A DNA stretch of 64,000 nt from a virus, in the IMG/VR virus record IMGVR_UViG_3300008255_000111, positions 32,001-96,000 of that record; one strand, written 5' to 3'. Made by a program: the position numbers and the translations under genes. The number at the start of each line of letters is the position of its first letter. Position 1 is the first letter of the stretch. Below the pieces are notes generated by a model. It was not told where the DNA came from. It was given only the letters and a program-made list of their open reading frames with translations, and searched no databases. This document shows, one piece after another, positions 9,310 to 17,923 of this stretch.

Positions 9310-10071
9310 TTATAGCGCAGCAAGCATCGCTGCTGCAAGGCGATCGGAGTATTCCTGATGCGCTGCGCGAAGTTTACGCGCGTCCTTCTCGCCGCTTGTT
9401 TCGGGGTGCAGGGCTTGCGCATAGCGAGAGCACGCTGTGCTCAAGTCCATATCCAAGACGAAGATGATCACCGCGTGGAATGGCCACAGTTGAGGCTCCT
9501 CAAACGCTCTGGCAGGATCAAACCCAAGATCGTAAAGCCGCTCGAACACCTCGTTGAGAGAAGCATTCTTAGCCTCAACGCTCTCCAGCGAGCCCGTGCC
9601 GCTCACAAATGCTTCCTGGGCATCAAGCGCCGCACTGACCGCTTGAATCGTCTCAGCGCGCAGTTGAGCGCCGATTTCGCCATCTTGCCAGTGATGGAGC
9701 CAGGACGACGATTTACTGATCTTGGCGGCGACGACCTCGCGCTTCATTTTGACCACCTCGGCGCTCATCAAAGCAACAGCGTTGGGCACATCAAAAAGGT
9801 CGAACAAATTACCACCAATGTTGAGCGCGCCTTTGATGCTGGGCATATTACAGGCCGGAGCGAGAGGGTAGCCGCTGATGGCGTGCAGCAACCTTTGGTC
9901 ACTGCATTTGCCAACCCACTTGAATGGCAGATCGGTCAATCCAAGGCTCTTAAAACTCGTGACGTAATCACGAGCAATCTCTCCAGGGCCGTTAAAGCAC
10001 TGGAGCGCGTGCCGCAGGCTTTCCATGCAGCCAACTTGACACGAGGATCGGATGTCTCCAAAGCCTTCCAT
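9310..10071 (-). CDS. FGxxRS-motif protein, paralog of 1347..2135
   Basis: MEGFGDIRS; DLPFKW, KREVVAAK, VSAALDAQE. Confidence 0.85.
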   Translation of the reverse strand: MEGFGDIRSSCQVGCMESLRHALQCFNGPGEIARDYVTSFKSLGLTDLPFKWVGKCSDQRLLHAISGYPLAPACNMPSIKGALNIGGNLFDLFDVPNAVALMSAEVVKMKREVVAAKISKSSSWLHHWQDGEIGAQLRAETIQAVSAALDAQEAFVSGTGSLESVEAKNASLNEVFERLYDLGFDPARAFEEPQLWPFHAVIIFVLDMDLSTACSRYAQALHPETSGEKDARKLRAAHQEYSDRLAAAMLAAL

Positions 10072-10145
10072 CTTAACTCCTTTATAGCAGCCGCTTTCGT
10101 TTAGCGGGGTTGGTTAAAGTGGAGTCGCGCGGACCCCATAAGTGA

Positions 10146-10173
10146 AGACTGAGGTAAACTATGGAGGGCGCAA
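10146..10173 (-). promoter_or_regulatory. promoter family, TTGCGC-N16-CAGTCT
   Basis: ATAGT at spacer positions 6-10. Confidence 0.65.
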
Positions 10174-10174
10174 G

Positions 10175-10212
10175 AAAAAAACGACGCTCGGTGTTCCGAG
10201 CGTCGTTTTTTT
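10175..10212. terminator. bidirectional terminator
   Basis: A7-CGACGCTCGG-TGTT-CCGAGCGTCG-T7. Confidence 0.85.
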
Positions 10213-10334
10213 ACCTCGCCGCTTTCCTGGCTTTCCTGGCGGCTTTGGCCTTGGCTCTCGCCTTCTTCTGTCTCTTGCTCAAGGCTTGGCGAGCGTAGCC
10301 GGGATCAGGCGCTACTTGAGGCAGCAGCAGCCCA

Positions 10335-10664
10335 TCAAGGCGCTCTAAAGCCTTTCTTCTTTCCTCGTCGTTTGCGGGAGGCGCTTGCGGACTGTCGTAC
10401 ACGTTCTTCACCTGTGGTTGAGGGGTCTTCTGACCGTCGCCCAAGGTGGCGAGAGGCGACGAACGCCCACTCCTCACCGTTGAGGTGACTGGAGGTGGTG
10501 AGACACATATCACCAACCTTGACTGAGGCAGCATTGGTGAGCCGCCTTATCTTGTGAGCGCTGACCTTGTTGGCTATTTTCCATGCTGAGTAGGCAAGGT
10601 CAAGCGTGGTGTGCCTGCTGGTCACGCGCCATCCGCGATCAACAACGACGTAGAGGTAAGTCAT
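10335..10664 (-). CDS. hypothetical protein, overlapping the basic ORF 10211..10534
   Basis: ATG MTYLYV lies downstream of the DUF262 gene; frame ambiguity at the 3' end. Confidence 0.5.
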   Translation of the reverse strand: MTYLYVVVDRGWRVTSRHTTLDLAYSAWKIANKVSAHKIRRLTNAASVKVGDMCLTTSSHLNGEEWAFVASRHLGRRSEDPSTTGEERVRQSASASRKRRGKKKGFRAP

Positions 10665-10690
10665 GGCAGTGTCCAGCAGGCGGCCCGGCT

Positions 10691-11176
10691 CTAAGCTCGG
10701 TGCGAGTTGAGCCTTGAGGCGATCATGTCGAGTTCGGCGGTGCTTTTCCAGCCGCAGACGCACACCACCCTGAAGGGCGTGTTCATCACGCCCCTTAAGC
10801 TACCAAAGAAGTCTGCGCCCGAAAACTCTTTAAAGACCATGCCGTTGAGGTCGGGAAGCTGCTCAAGGCCAGTGAGCCTCAAAGACTCGCCAGGGTACTG
10901 CTTGTCGCGCCCGAGGAAGTTGACCAGTGTGAGCAGCACTTGCTTCCCATCGACAGGGAAGTAGTAGCTGTCACCTGAGCCCGCATCGACTTTGGCGAGC
11001 ACGATTTGGGGCAGGGGCAGCCCCAGAAGCATCGACTCGATCAGAAGGCTTTGGGCTGGGTCTTCCCAAGTCCTCGTGTTGAGGTTGACTTTGATTTTGC
11101 CCTTGGTGAGCTGCGATAAGATCGTCTGGACGGTCCAGTCCAGAGTCTCAAGGTAGATGTGGTTTGAGGCGGCCAT
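10691..11176 (-). CDS. standalone DUF262 (ParB/Srx-like fold) protein, degenerate
   Basis: W..QSLLIESMLLGLPLPQI..VDGKQVLLTL; the canonical DGQQR motif is altered. Confidence 0.75.
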   Translation of the reverse strand: MAASNHIYLETLDWTVQTILSQLTKGKIKVNLNTRTWEDPAQSLLIESMLLGLPLPQIVLAKVDAGSGDSYYFPVDGKQVLLTLVNFLGRDKQYPGESLRLTGLEQLPDLNGMVFKEFSGADFFGSLRGVMNTPFRVVCVCGWKSTAELDMIASRLNSHRA

Positions 11177-11223
11177 TGTCCTGCCAAGTGATAGGGGTTG
11201 GGTTGGTGATGATCTGGCTCAGG

Positions 11224-11547
11224 TTAGAGCACGTCGTCATCTGGCGTGTACTCGAAGCGCGCCAGGGCTTCTTCGCGCTCTTGAGCCTCATCGTCGCTGG
11301 AGGTTGAGCACTCCAGGGCCGCGATGGCGAGCGCAGCCAGCTTGACTAGCGCGCTGGTTTGCGTGCCGTTGAGGCTGTGGATGTGGCGGGGGCTGGCTTC
11401 CTCGAAGCGCTCTAGCTGCTTACTAAGGAAGTAAGCCCATTCAAATGTGGTGTGTTCGGAGTCGTGCCTGTGACCTCCCCATTGAGCGACCTGTTTTGCT
11501 CGCTCAGACTTGATCGCGTCGAGCACGCGTGTTGAAAGCTCTGACAT
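11224..11547 (-). CDS. phage protein, possibly MazG-like all-alpha NTP pyrophosphohydrolase
   Basis: ERAKQ..QWG..HD..H..EW..LVKLAALAIAALE pattern. Confidence 0.5.
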   Translation of the reverse strand: MSELSTRVLDAIKSERAKQVAQWGGHRHDSEHTTFEWAYFLSKQLERFEEASPRHIHSLNGTQTSALVKLAALAIAALECSTSSDDEAQEREEALARFEYTPDDDVL

Positions 11548-11563
11548 GGAAACCTCCTGAAAG

Positions 11564-11591
11564 GTAGAGCTGCAATCGATTGCAGCTCTAC
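11564..11591. repeat. palindrome (core 11570-11585), extended to 28 bp
   Basis: GTAGAG-core-CTCTAC. Confidence 0.95.
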
Positions 11592-11640
11592 TGAGTAAAG
11601 CCCCCTAGAGAGGGGGCACTAGGTGGATTGACTAGATGGA

Positions 11641-12015
11641 CTAGGCGGCGCCCCACTTCTCAAGGGTGGTCTGGATGGAGTCGCGATGGAACTTGGGGCG
11701 CGTCTCAAATCGGTTGTTCTCACGCGTCGAGCATCGCATCACTGTACGATAGGACGCCACCTTGGGGGGGATTAAGTGAATCTCGAACACAACCCAATCC
11801 CAGCTCTGACTGATCGCAGAGCCCAAGATTTCGTACTCGAAGCCCGATAAGCTCTGCTCAAGCAGTCGGCGCGCTTCTGCGATGAGCAGATCGCGAGCAT
11901 TGAGCCCGCTGATGAGGTCGTTCCAGACCTCCTCCCATTTCTTCGGGGCGAGCTTGATGTTTTGCTCCATGTACTCCAACTGATTCAGCTCAAACTCGTT
12001 CTTGGGGATTGCCAT
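11641..12015 (-). CDS. hypothetical protein
   Basis: 124 aa with GGAG SD. Confidence 0.75.
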   Translation of the reverse strand: MAIPKNEFELNQLEYMEQNIKLAPKKWEEVWNDLISGLNARDLLIAEARRLLEQSLSGFEYEILGSAISQSWDWVVFEIHLIPPKVASYRTVMRCSTRENNRFETRPKFHRDSIQTTLEKWGAA

Positions 12016-12066
12016 TGTGTGCTCCGTTATGTTGTGTGGGCGACGTTGCCCCGTTTCGATAACTGA

Positions 12067-12094
12067 AGACTAAAACGCACTAGACTCGGCGCAA
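12067..12094 (-). promoter_or_regulatory. promoter family, TTGCGC-N16-TAGTCT
   Basis: CTAGT in spacer; upstream ATCAAAAAACGACA. Confidence 0.7.
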
Positions 12095-12149
12095 GTGCTA
12101 AATGTCGTTTTTTGATTATTTTACTGACACTTAGCACCTAATTGGACGA

Positions 12150-12533
12150 TCACTCATCATCAGCGTCGAGCCAACCTTCACCGCATGGTGATTGAACGAG
12201 GCCGGGCATGACCTTCAGCAGCTCGGGAGGGACAGGGCCGCGCTCATGGGCGAAGGCGCCTGCCTCGTTGATCATGATGTGGAGCTGCCATTGACAGACG
12301 ACCTCACCGAGCTTGAGCGCGCCTTTGTCCGTGCGCCTCACTCGCATCAAGCACATCGTCACCTCGGCGTCTACCTCCTCGGCAAACGCGCTGTCCAGCT
12401 TATCAGCAGCGTGATCCGCGCTCGCGTGCCAGCTCACGGCAGGGTCTTCATCAATAAAGATCGCATCATCGCCAAGCTGCGCGAAGCCCCAAAGCTCCTC
12501 AGAGCGCAGCTCGCTTAAGTATCCCATGAACAT
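12150..12533 (-). CDS. hypothetical acidic protein
   Basis: 127 aa ORF. Confidence 0.75.
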   Translation of the reverse strand: MFMGYLSELRSEELWGFAQLGDDAIFIDEDPAVSWHASADHAADKLDSAFAEEVDAEVTMCLMRVRRTDKGALKLGEVVCQWQLHIMINEAGAFAHERGPVPPELLKVMPGLVQSPCGEGWLDADDE

Positions 12534-12543
12534 GATGTTGTCC

Positions 12544-13269
12544 TTAGATCATTTGCCCGAGCAGCTTGTTTAGCGCTGCAACTAGGGCGGGGTCTTTGGG
12601 GGTTAGGTGGGCGTTTCCATTGGAGAACACTTTGATGCGCCAATGAGCGCTCTCGGACTGCCCGTCTCGCATCGCTTCTACCAGCGTCCCATCATCCCTA
12701 GTGCCAGGGATGGGCTGGCCTAAAGCCTGAGCCGTGATGGCGTCGATGTCGTGGAACAGAGCGACAATGTGCTCGCTCATGTAGCTCTCGCGGGCAACGC
12801 CAGGCAAGATCCACTTGTTTGGGAAGCTGGAGCCTCGGACGGCATCCTCTTTGGTCATGAGCCAGTACGCTCGCTTCAGCCTGTCTGCCAGCACATCGTC
12901 GAGTTGAGACTCGAAGTGCCTGAGCTGTTTGGCGATCGACTCAGCGCTGATTGCTTCAGGGTTCCTCGTGAAGCGCTGCTCGAAGGAGCGCAGACGCTCT
13001 CGATCAAGGAGGTCATCAAGCCCGCTCTCATTCATGACGCGCTGCCACAGTTGACGATCGACCATCGCGACGATGTGGGGCGTCACATGGTCTGCGCTGC
13101 TATATGTCCAGCGCAAGATGTTGTAGTCGAACACGATGCCATTTCGCCTAAGCTGAGCATCAAGATGATTGATCGCTTCTAACTGCTTGACGATAGCTGA
13201 GATCGCCGCGTTTCTATCATTGACGATCGTTGTGATCGCCGCTTGGCTCATTAAGCTCTGTTCCACCAT
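12544..13269 (-). CDS. DUF4942-like protein (standalone)
   Basis: VDRQLW..GL..LLD..; C-terminal IKVFSNGNAH..LVAALNKLL; AAGGAG SD before ATG 13269. Confidence 0.7.
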   Translation of the reverse strand: MVEQSLMSQAAITTIVNDRNAAISAIVKQLEAINHLDAQLRRNGIVFDYNILRWTYSSADHVTPHIVAMVDRQLWQRVMNESGLDDLLDRERLRSFEQRFTRNPEAISAESIAKQLRHFESQLDDVLADRLKRAYWLMTKEDAVRGSSFPNKWILPGVARESYMSEHIVALFHDIDAITAQALGQPIPGTRDDGTLVEAMRDGQSESAHWRIKVFSNGNAHLTPKDPALVAALNKLLGQMI

Positions 13270-13383
13270 ATCGCCGCTCCTTAATTGAGGTTTTGGGGTG
13301 AAGCTCGTTTGCACACAAAGACTTTGATGAACAAGACCTCGTGTCAAACGTTTTTCTATTAAAAACAACGACATGGGTGTTTT

Positions 13384-14577
13384 TTACCTCAAATCCCAAA
13401 ACCTCATAGAGCGCGCCGCTATCTTAACTTTATCGTCAAGATGGTGAAGTATCGAAGGCGACAACTCGAAAAAACACTTGAGCACAGTGCGCAACAATTT
13501 CTCCTGCTCAGGATATATCGCGTGCCCAGGCCAACAGTTCAAATGAAGGTCGATGGTGTTAAAGACGGGAGAGCTGAGCCCGCCGCTTCGATCAGCGACA
13601 ACGTAGTCCACATAAAGCGACGACACCTCGATGTTAGGCTCCAGCCTCAAGTTATGGTCCCAGACCTCGGAGCACCCCAGCAGGCCCCATGAGTCTACGT
13701 CGGGCCAGCCTACTATATCGCGAACGAGCTTGTCGGCTGAAGCTGACCTGAGCTTGTGATAACGAGACGCCATGTAAGCCCTGATTGACTGGATGGGGCA
13801 GAGCGAACAAAGCGCCAGGATCGAGTACAGGTAGGCCCGCTCGTCGGAGCCTGCTCGCTCGTTTGTTCGGATGGCGTCCACGACGTTTTCTTGAGCGGTC
13901 TGACAGCCTTCAACGCGATCCTGAGCCTCATCGTTCACAACACAGAAAGAGCCGTTGGGGTTGATCGCCCACTCAACGGGATCGTCGCAGTCTACTGGTA
14001 CGGGATCAGTAGGGGCGCCGTCGCGCTGGATGGTGGGGCCAGCACTGTTGCCACCAAAGCCATGATTGAGACACAGGGTGAGCATTAAGTGCGACTGGAT
14101 GTCTCGCACGGTGAGCTGTTCAACGTAATGCCTGTTGGCGGTCTGATTCGGTTTATCATCGCCACGCCAGATGCTTTGTATCGCACGGCTCCTGATCTCA
14201 CCAAAAGAGTAAGCCGAAGTCTGACCGTAAAAGTGCTGACTAAAGCCATGAATGTCTGCATGAGCGTTCACGCTGCCGAAGGGGAACACCGACGAGTTGA
14301 GCGCGGCAGCGACCATTAACCAAAGGCGCGCCGCCTCGGTGTCGGTGAACTCCTTGTAGATGACCTTGTGGCGGCCCCTGTTACGGTAGCCTACCAGCCT
14401 GATGCGTCGCCTTGTCGCGGCATAGATGGTGCCGTCGAAGATGTCAGGCACCTCAAGGAAGACCTCGTTGTGCTCCGGCATGATGTATTCTGCGGCGGCT
14501 TGGTTGAGGTGCCAGCCATCAGGAAGCGGCTTCCTGTTTTCGATGGCTGACCTGATCTCTCCAAAGGTAGGGCTCAT
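13384..14577 (-). CDS. FGxxRS-motif protein carrying two copies of the motif
   Basis: MSPTFGEIRS and internal YSFGEIRS. Confidence 0.85.
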   Translation of the reverse strand: MSPTFGEIRSAIENRKPLPDGWHLNQAAAEYIMPEHNEVFLEVPDIFDGTIYAATRRRIRLVGYRNRGRHKVIYKEFTDTEAARLWLMVAAALNSSVFPFGSVNAHADIHGFSQHFYGQTSAYSFGEIRSRAIQSIWRGDDKPNQTANRHYVEQLTVRDIQSHLMLTLCLNHGFGGNSAGPTIQRDGAPTDPVPVDCDDPVEWAINPNGSFCVVNDEAQDRVEGCQTAQENVVDAIRTNERAGSDERAYLYSILALCSLCPIQSIRAYMASRYHKLRSASADKLVRDIVGWPDVDSWGLLGCSEVWDHNLRLEPNIEVSSLYVDYVVADRSGGLSSPVFNTIDLHLNCWPGHAIYPEQEKLLRTVLKCFFELSPSILHHLDDKVKIAARSMRFWDLR

Positions 14578-14924
14578 CGCTTTACCTTCTCTTGCCGCAC
14601 CAGCTCAGGGTGGCTCATCCTGAGCGCCACAATAAACTGAGGCACAGAGGTACGATCGGGGAGGCGCTTGACCTGACCGACCACCCAAGAGCGGTCCACG
14701 ACGTAATCTTCGTCATTCCACCTTGGACCCATCCTCATGGTGCTTTCGTACCAGTAGTAGAGCCGGACGATGGCCTCGTCTTCAGCTCCGCCATCGACCA
14801 CCTCTGCGCAGCACATCTCGCAGCCTGGAGAGCCAAGCACAAGGTTCAGCTCGAAGTCTATGTCTTCATTAGATCGCATGTCTAAGTCCTTATTGCAGGA
14901 AACTGTGAAGATATGGAAGCTCAC
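14574..14924 (-). CDS. hypothetical protein
   Basis: 116 aa; AAGGAG SD. Confidence 0.7.
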   Translation of the reverse strand: MSFHIFTVSCNKDLDMRSNEDIDFELNLVLGSPGCEMCCAEVVDGGAEDEAIVRLYYWYESTMRMGPRWNDEDYVVDRSWVVGQVKRLPDRTSVPQFIVALRMSHPELVRQEKVKR

Positions 14925-14947
14925 GGCGGCGCTCCTTTGAAGCAGTG

Positions 14948-14963
14948 CTGCAATCGATTGCAG
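14948..14963. repeat. CTGCAATCGATTGCAG palindrome
   Basis: Perfect core, 24 bp upstream of the 14924 start. Confidence 0.95.
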
Positions 14964-15084
14964 TCACGACGACAGCAGCTCAGGTGAGCTGCTGCCTGAA
15001 TGTGCGCCACTGCGCGATGACTCCAAAAAGGCTAGCAAGAACAAAGCGGCACGCAAGCATTATGTGTCGCCTAATGGTGATTTG

Positions 15085-15951
15085 TCAGACGCCGCAAACG
15101 CCATCGCAGTCGTTATCGAGCCCGCCATCCCATTCAAACAGATCCGTCTGGGCAAGAGGGTTGTAGTCGCGCAGCGGCGTTCTGTTCCTCAAGACATAGG
15201 CGTGCGTCTCAAGGCCCGCGATCGGTTTGTCACCAGCTCGCAGCGCTTCGTCGAGAGCGACCGCCTTCGCCCAATCCTCGGGCACCTTGGCAACTTCTCG
15301 CCATTCGCCCTTGCTGTGGTAGGGGCAGTAAACGCAGCTCGACCTGATCGCTTGTATTGGTGAGCCGTCCAAGTACGTCAGCGACTCGATATAATTGGCG
15401 CAGTCGTGACGAGCCCAGCCCATATCTACAAGGGGGTAGGAGAAGCGGCGCCAGCTCTCATTAGACTCTCTAAGGCGCTGAAGCTCGTCGGTGCTCATCC
15501 CGTACCATTGGACGCAGCGCAGCTCCCACTTCTCCCCTTTAGGCGGACGACCATGTTTGAAGCGCTCCCTCGCCCAACGATCAAGAGGTTGGACCTTCCA
15601 GCGCTTTGTGCAGCCCCGATTGACGGGCACCGCGATCTGATTCTTGTCCTCGACAAAGACAGGCGGGAGATCGATCCCTGTTGTCTCCTGGGCGACTTGC
15701 TCAGCTAAGGTGCGCCAGTCCTTCCTGACGATGTAGAGCTTGAGGCCCGCGCTCGCCATCAGATCCGCCATCTTCCAGATGTGCTCGTAAGTCGCCAAGC
15801 GCTCGTCTCCAGTGTCCGCGAACACAAAGGCTTCGGGGAGCTGCCCGTTGGTGACAGACAGCAAGCGCTCGTCTTGGTTGGCGCATAGAAGCGCGATCGC
15901 TGTGCTCTGGACGCCGCCGCCCCAGCTCATATAAATCGGAACCCTATCCAT
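15085..15951 (-). CDS. PAPS-reductase-like / adenine nucleotide alpha-hydrolase family protein
   Basis: PP-loop SWGGGVQS, FADTGDE, CT..WK, SSCVYCPY, C-terminal CDGVC. Confidence 0.8.
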   Translation of the reverse strand: MDRVPIYMSWGGGVQSTAIALLCANQDERLLSVTNGQLPEAFVFADTGDERLATYEHIWKMADLMASAGLKLYIVRKDWRTLAEQVAQETTGIDLPPVFVEDKNQIAVPVNRGCTKRWKVQPLDRWARERFKHGRPPKGEKWELRCVQWYGMSTDELQRLRESNESWRRFSYPLVDMGWARHDCANYIESLTYLDGSPIQAIRSSCVYCPYHSKGEWREVAKVPEDWAKAVALDEALRAGDKPIAGLETHAYVLRNRTPLRDYNPLAQTDLFEWDGGLDNDCDGVCGV

Positions 15952-16028
15952 GACCTACTCCTGTGGTGAACGAACAAAAGCCCTAGACCGCCAAGTCTAG
16001 GGCTGCGTCGCTTGAGCTTCAATGGGAG

Positions 16029-17270
16029 TTAGCTTTGATCAGCCAAATCGCCGCCGAGCTTTGTGAAGATGAAAGTGGCCAGCTCCTTAAGGTCCACGAC
16101 TTCGCCGTTCATGTTGTCGAGCTTGTCGATCAGGCTCTTGGTCGCCTCAAGCACTTCCTTGATGTTCGCGTCGTCGGTGTTGAGCGTGACGTTTGGGCGG
16201 TATTTGACAGTGGGGTGTTGAGCGCTGGCATCCATGCGATCAAAGACCACCGCAAGGTTCTCGTTGGCGTGGCGCTCTACTTCTTGAAGGGCTTGTTCAA
16301 CGGTCGGGTAAATCCCGACGCAGATGTCGAGATCGCAGCGCACCTCGTAGCCAGAAAGGGCGCCCGGCTTGCCTGTGTCAAGTTTGTAGCTGCGGGAGGC
16401 TTCTAAGCTCACCAGCTTCCCTGTTTTGTAGTCGTACTGCCACTGTGGCTTGAACCGTGGTCGATCGCTCATGGGGTTGTCCTTGGGGGCTTGGGGTGTA
16501 GGTGGATCTTGAGGTTTGGGTTTTGGGGCGACTTGATCTGTCAAGATGACGGGCCAGCGCATGACTTCATCGACGCTTGCTCCAAGCACTATCCAGCCAA
16601 GCGCCTGAGTGAGCTGTTCAAGCTCATGATCGTTCTCGACCCCATCAAACTCAGGTGAATCCATATCTGGACCGTAGCAGCCCGCTGCGCGTGAGGCCCA
16701 AATGTAGGCGAAGCTCATAAGGGCGTCGCCTGGGTTGGATTGACAGCAGCCTCTAAGAAACACGTCGTCAAGGCTGCATCCTGAGATCATACTAAAGAAG
16801 GGCACGGCGTCTAACATGCAGCCGTGATCGACCCATGTGCTCCAGCTTTTGTTGATCTCAAGAGCCCGGCGCCGGGCCTGCTTACTCAAGCCTGTGAGGT
16901 GTTGGGTTAAGTATTCGCGCATCTTGTTCAGCGCCTTGACTACTTGGATCAAGGGACGCTCGATGTTGTCGTGCGCGAGGTAGTGGACTCGACCTATGCA
17001 GACCTCTGGCACCAAGGTTATCATCTGGCCGTAGTCAGAGAGCGCGCGCAGCGGGAAGTTGGCGCTTGTGGAATCGCTGTTGCGAAGTCGATACCACCCA
17101 AGCTCAACGCTCCAGCGCGAGGCTGGGCAGTAGCCGATCGACTTACGGATAAAGTCGATTGCGGCAACGGCTTCAGTGTCATCCACACTCATGTCGCGAA
17201 GAACTGCAAGGATCTTACCTTGGTCGCGCGATGCGAGCGCGTTGGTTAAGTCGAACTGAGCATAAGGCAT
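16029..17270 (-). CDS. hypothetical two-module protein
   Basis: 413 aa; Pro-rich linker followed by an internal SD+ATG at 16472. Confidence 0.8.
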   Translation of the reverse strand: MPYAQFDLTNALASRDQGKILAVLRDMSVDDTEAVAAIDFIRKSIGYCPASRWSVELGWYRLRNSDSTSANFPLRALSDYGQMITLVPEVCIGRVHYLAHDNIERPLIQVVKALNKMREYLTQHLTGLSKQARRRALEINKSWSTWVDHGCMLDAVPFFSMISGCSLDDVFLRGCCQSNPGDALMSFAYIWASRAAGCYGPDMDSPEFDGVENDHELEQLTQALGWIVLGASVDEVMRWPVILTDQVAPKPKPQDPPTPQAPKDNPMSDRPRFKPQWQYDYKTGKLVSLEASRSYKLDTGKPGALSGYEVRCDLDICVGIYPTVEQALQEVERHANENLAVVFDRMDASAQHPTVKYRPNVTLNTDDANIKEVLEATKSLIDKLDNMNGEVVDLKELATFIFTKLGGDLADQS

Positions 17271-17378
17271 CTTGACTCCCTATGAGTTAAAAGCGCCGCG
17301 CTCCAAAGCGCGCGGCGTTGAGTTGTGGCGAACGCCATGACAGAAAAACATTTACCAGCTACTATCAGAGTCGTCATC

Positions 17379-17855
17379 CTACTCGCAGATGCACGCGTCG
17401 GATTGGCGCTTTAGCTCTGCGTCAAGCGCGTCAACGCGCGCGGTGAGTTGGCGGATCTCATCGTCCTTCGCCTCAAGCTGCTCAATCAGTCCGTTTACAG
17501 CCTGGGCGGTGTAATAAGACTTGGGGAGCTTGAGCATGTTTTCAAGGTAAGGCTTGAACGCTTCAAGGGCCTTGGGCGGGGTCGCTTTGACAGCTTGTCG
17601 CATCGCCGCGTTGATGCTGAGCAAAAACGACTCATCGATCCTGGCCAGGGAGTCTTGGATGTAGCCCCAGGCGCGAGGATATACCTCGAACGTATCACCA
17701 ATCGCGCACTGGCCGATCATGCTGCCCGTCTCATCGTTGACGACTGTGATCCCAAAGGTCGCCCCCACGTTTAAATCGGAGGTCTTGAAAGTGACATCGA
17801 GAGCGTTATCGCGGGCTGCCTCTTGGAACATCTCAAACAGCTTGGGAATGGGCAT
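17379..17855 (-). CDS. hypothetical protein with C-terminal coiled coil
   Basis: 158 aa; MPIPK start; CAGGAG SD. Confidence 0.8.
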   Translation of the reverse strand: MPIPKLFEMFQEAARDNALDVTFKTSDLNVGATFGITVVNDETGSMIGQCAIGDTFEVYPRAWGYIQDSLARIDESFLLSINAAMRQAVKATPPKALEAFKPYLENMLKLPKSYYTAQAVNGLIEQLEAKDDEIRQLTARVDALDAELKRQSDACICE

Positions 17856-17887
17856 GACTGACTCCTGCGGGTAAAATGGGGGGTGAA

Positions 17888-17913
17888 GTGAGCTGCAATC
17901 GATTGCAGCTCAC
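17888..17913. repeat. palindrome (core 17893-17908), extended to 26 bp
   Basis: GTGAG-core-CTCAC. Confidence 0.95.
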
Positions 17914-17923
17914 CTTGGGGAGA

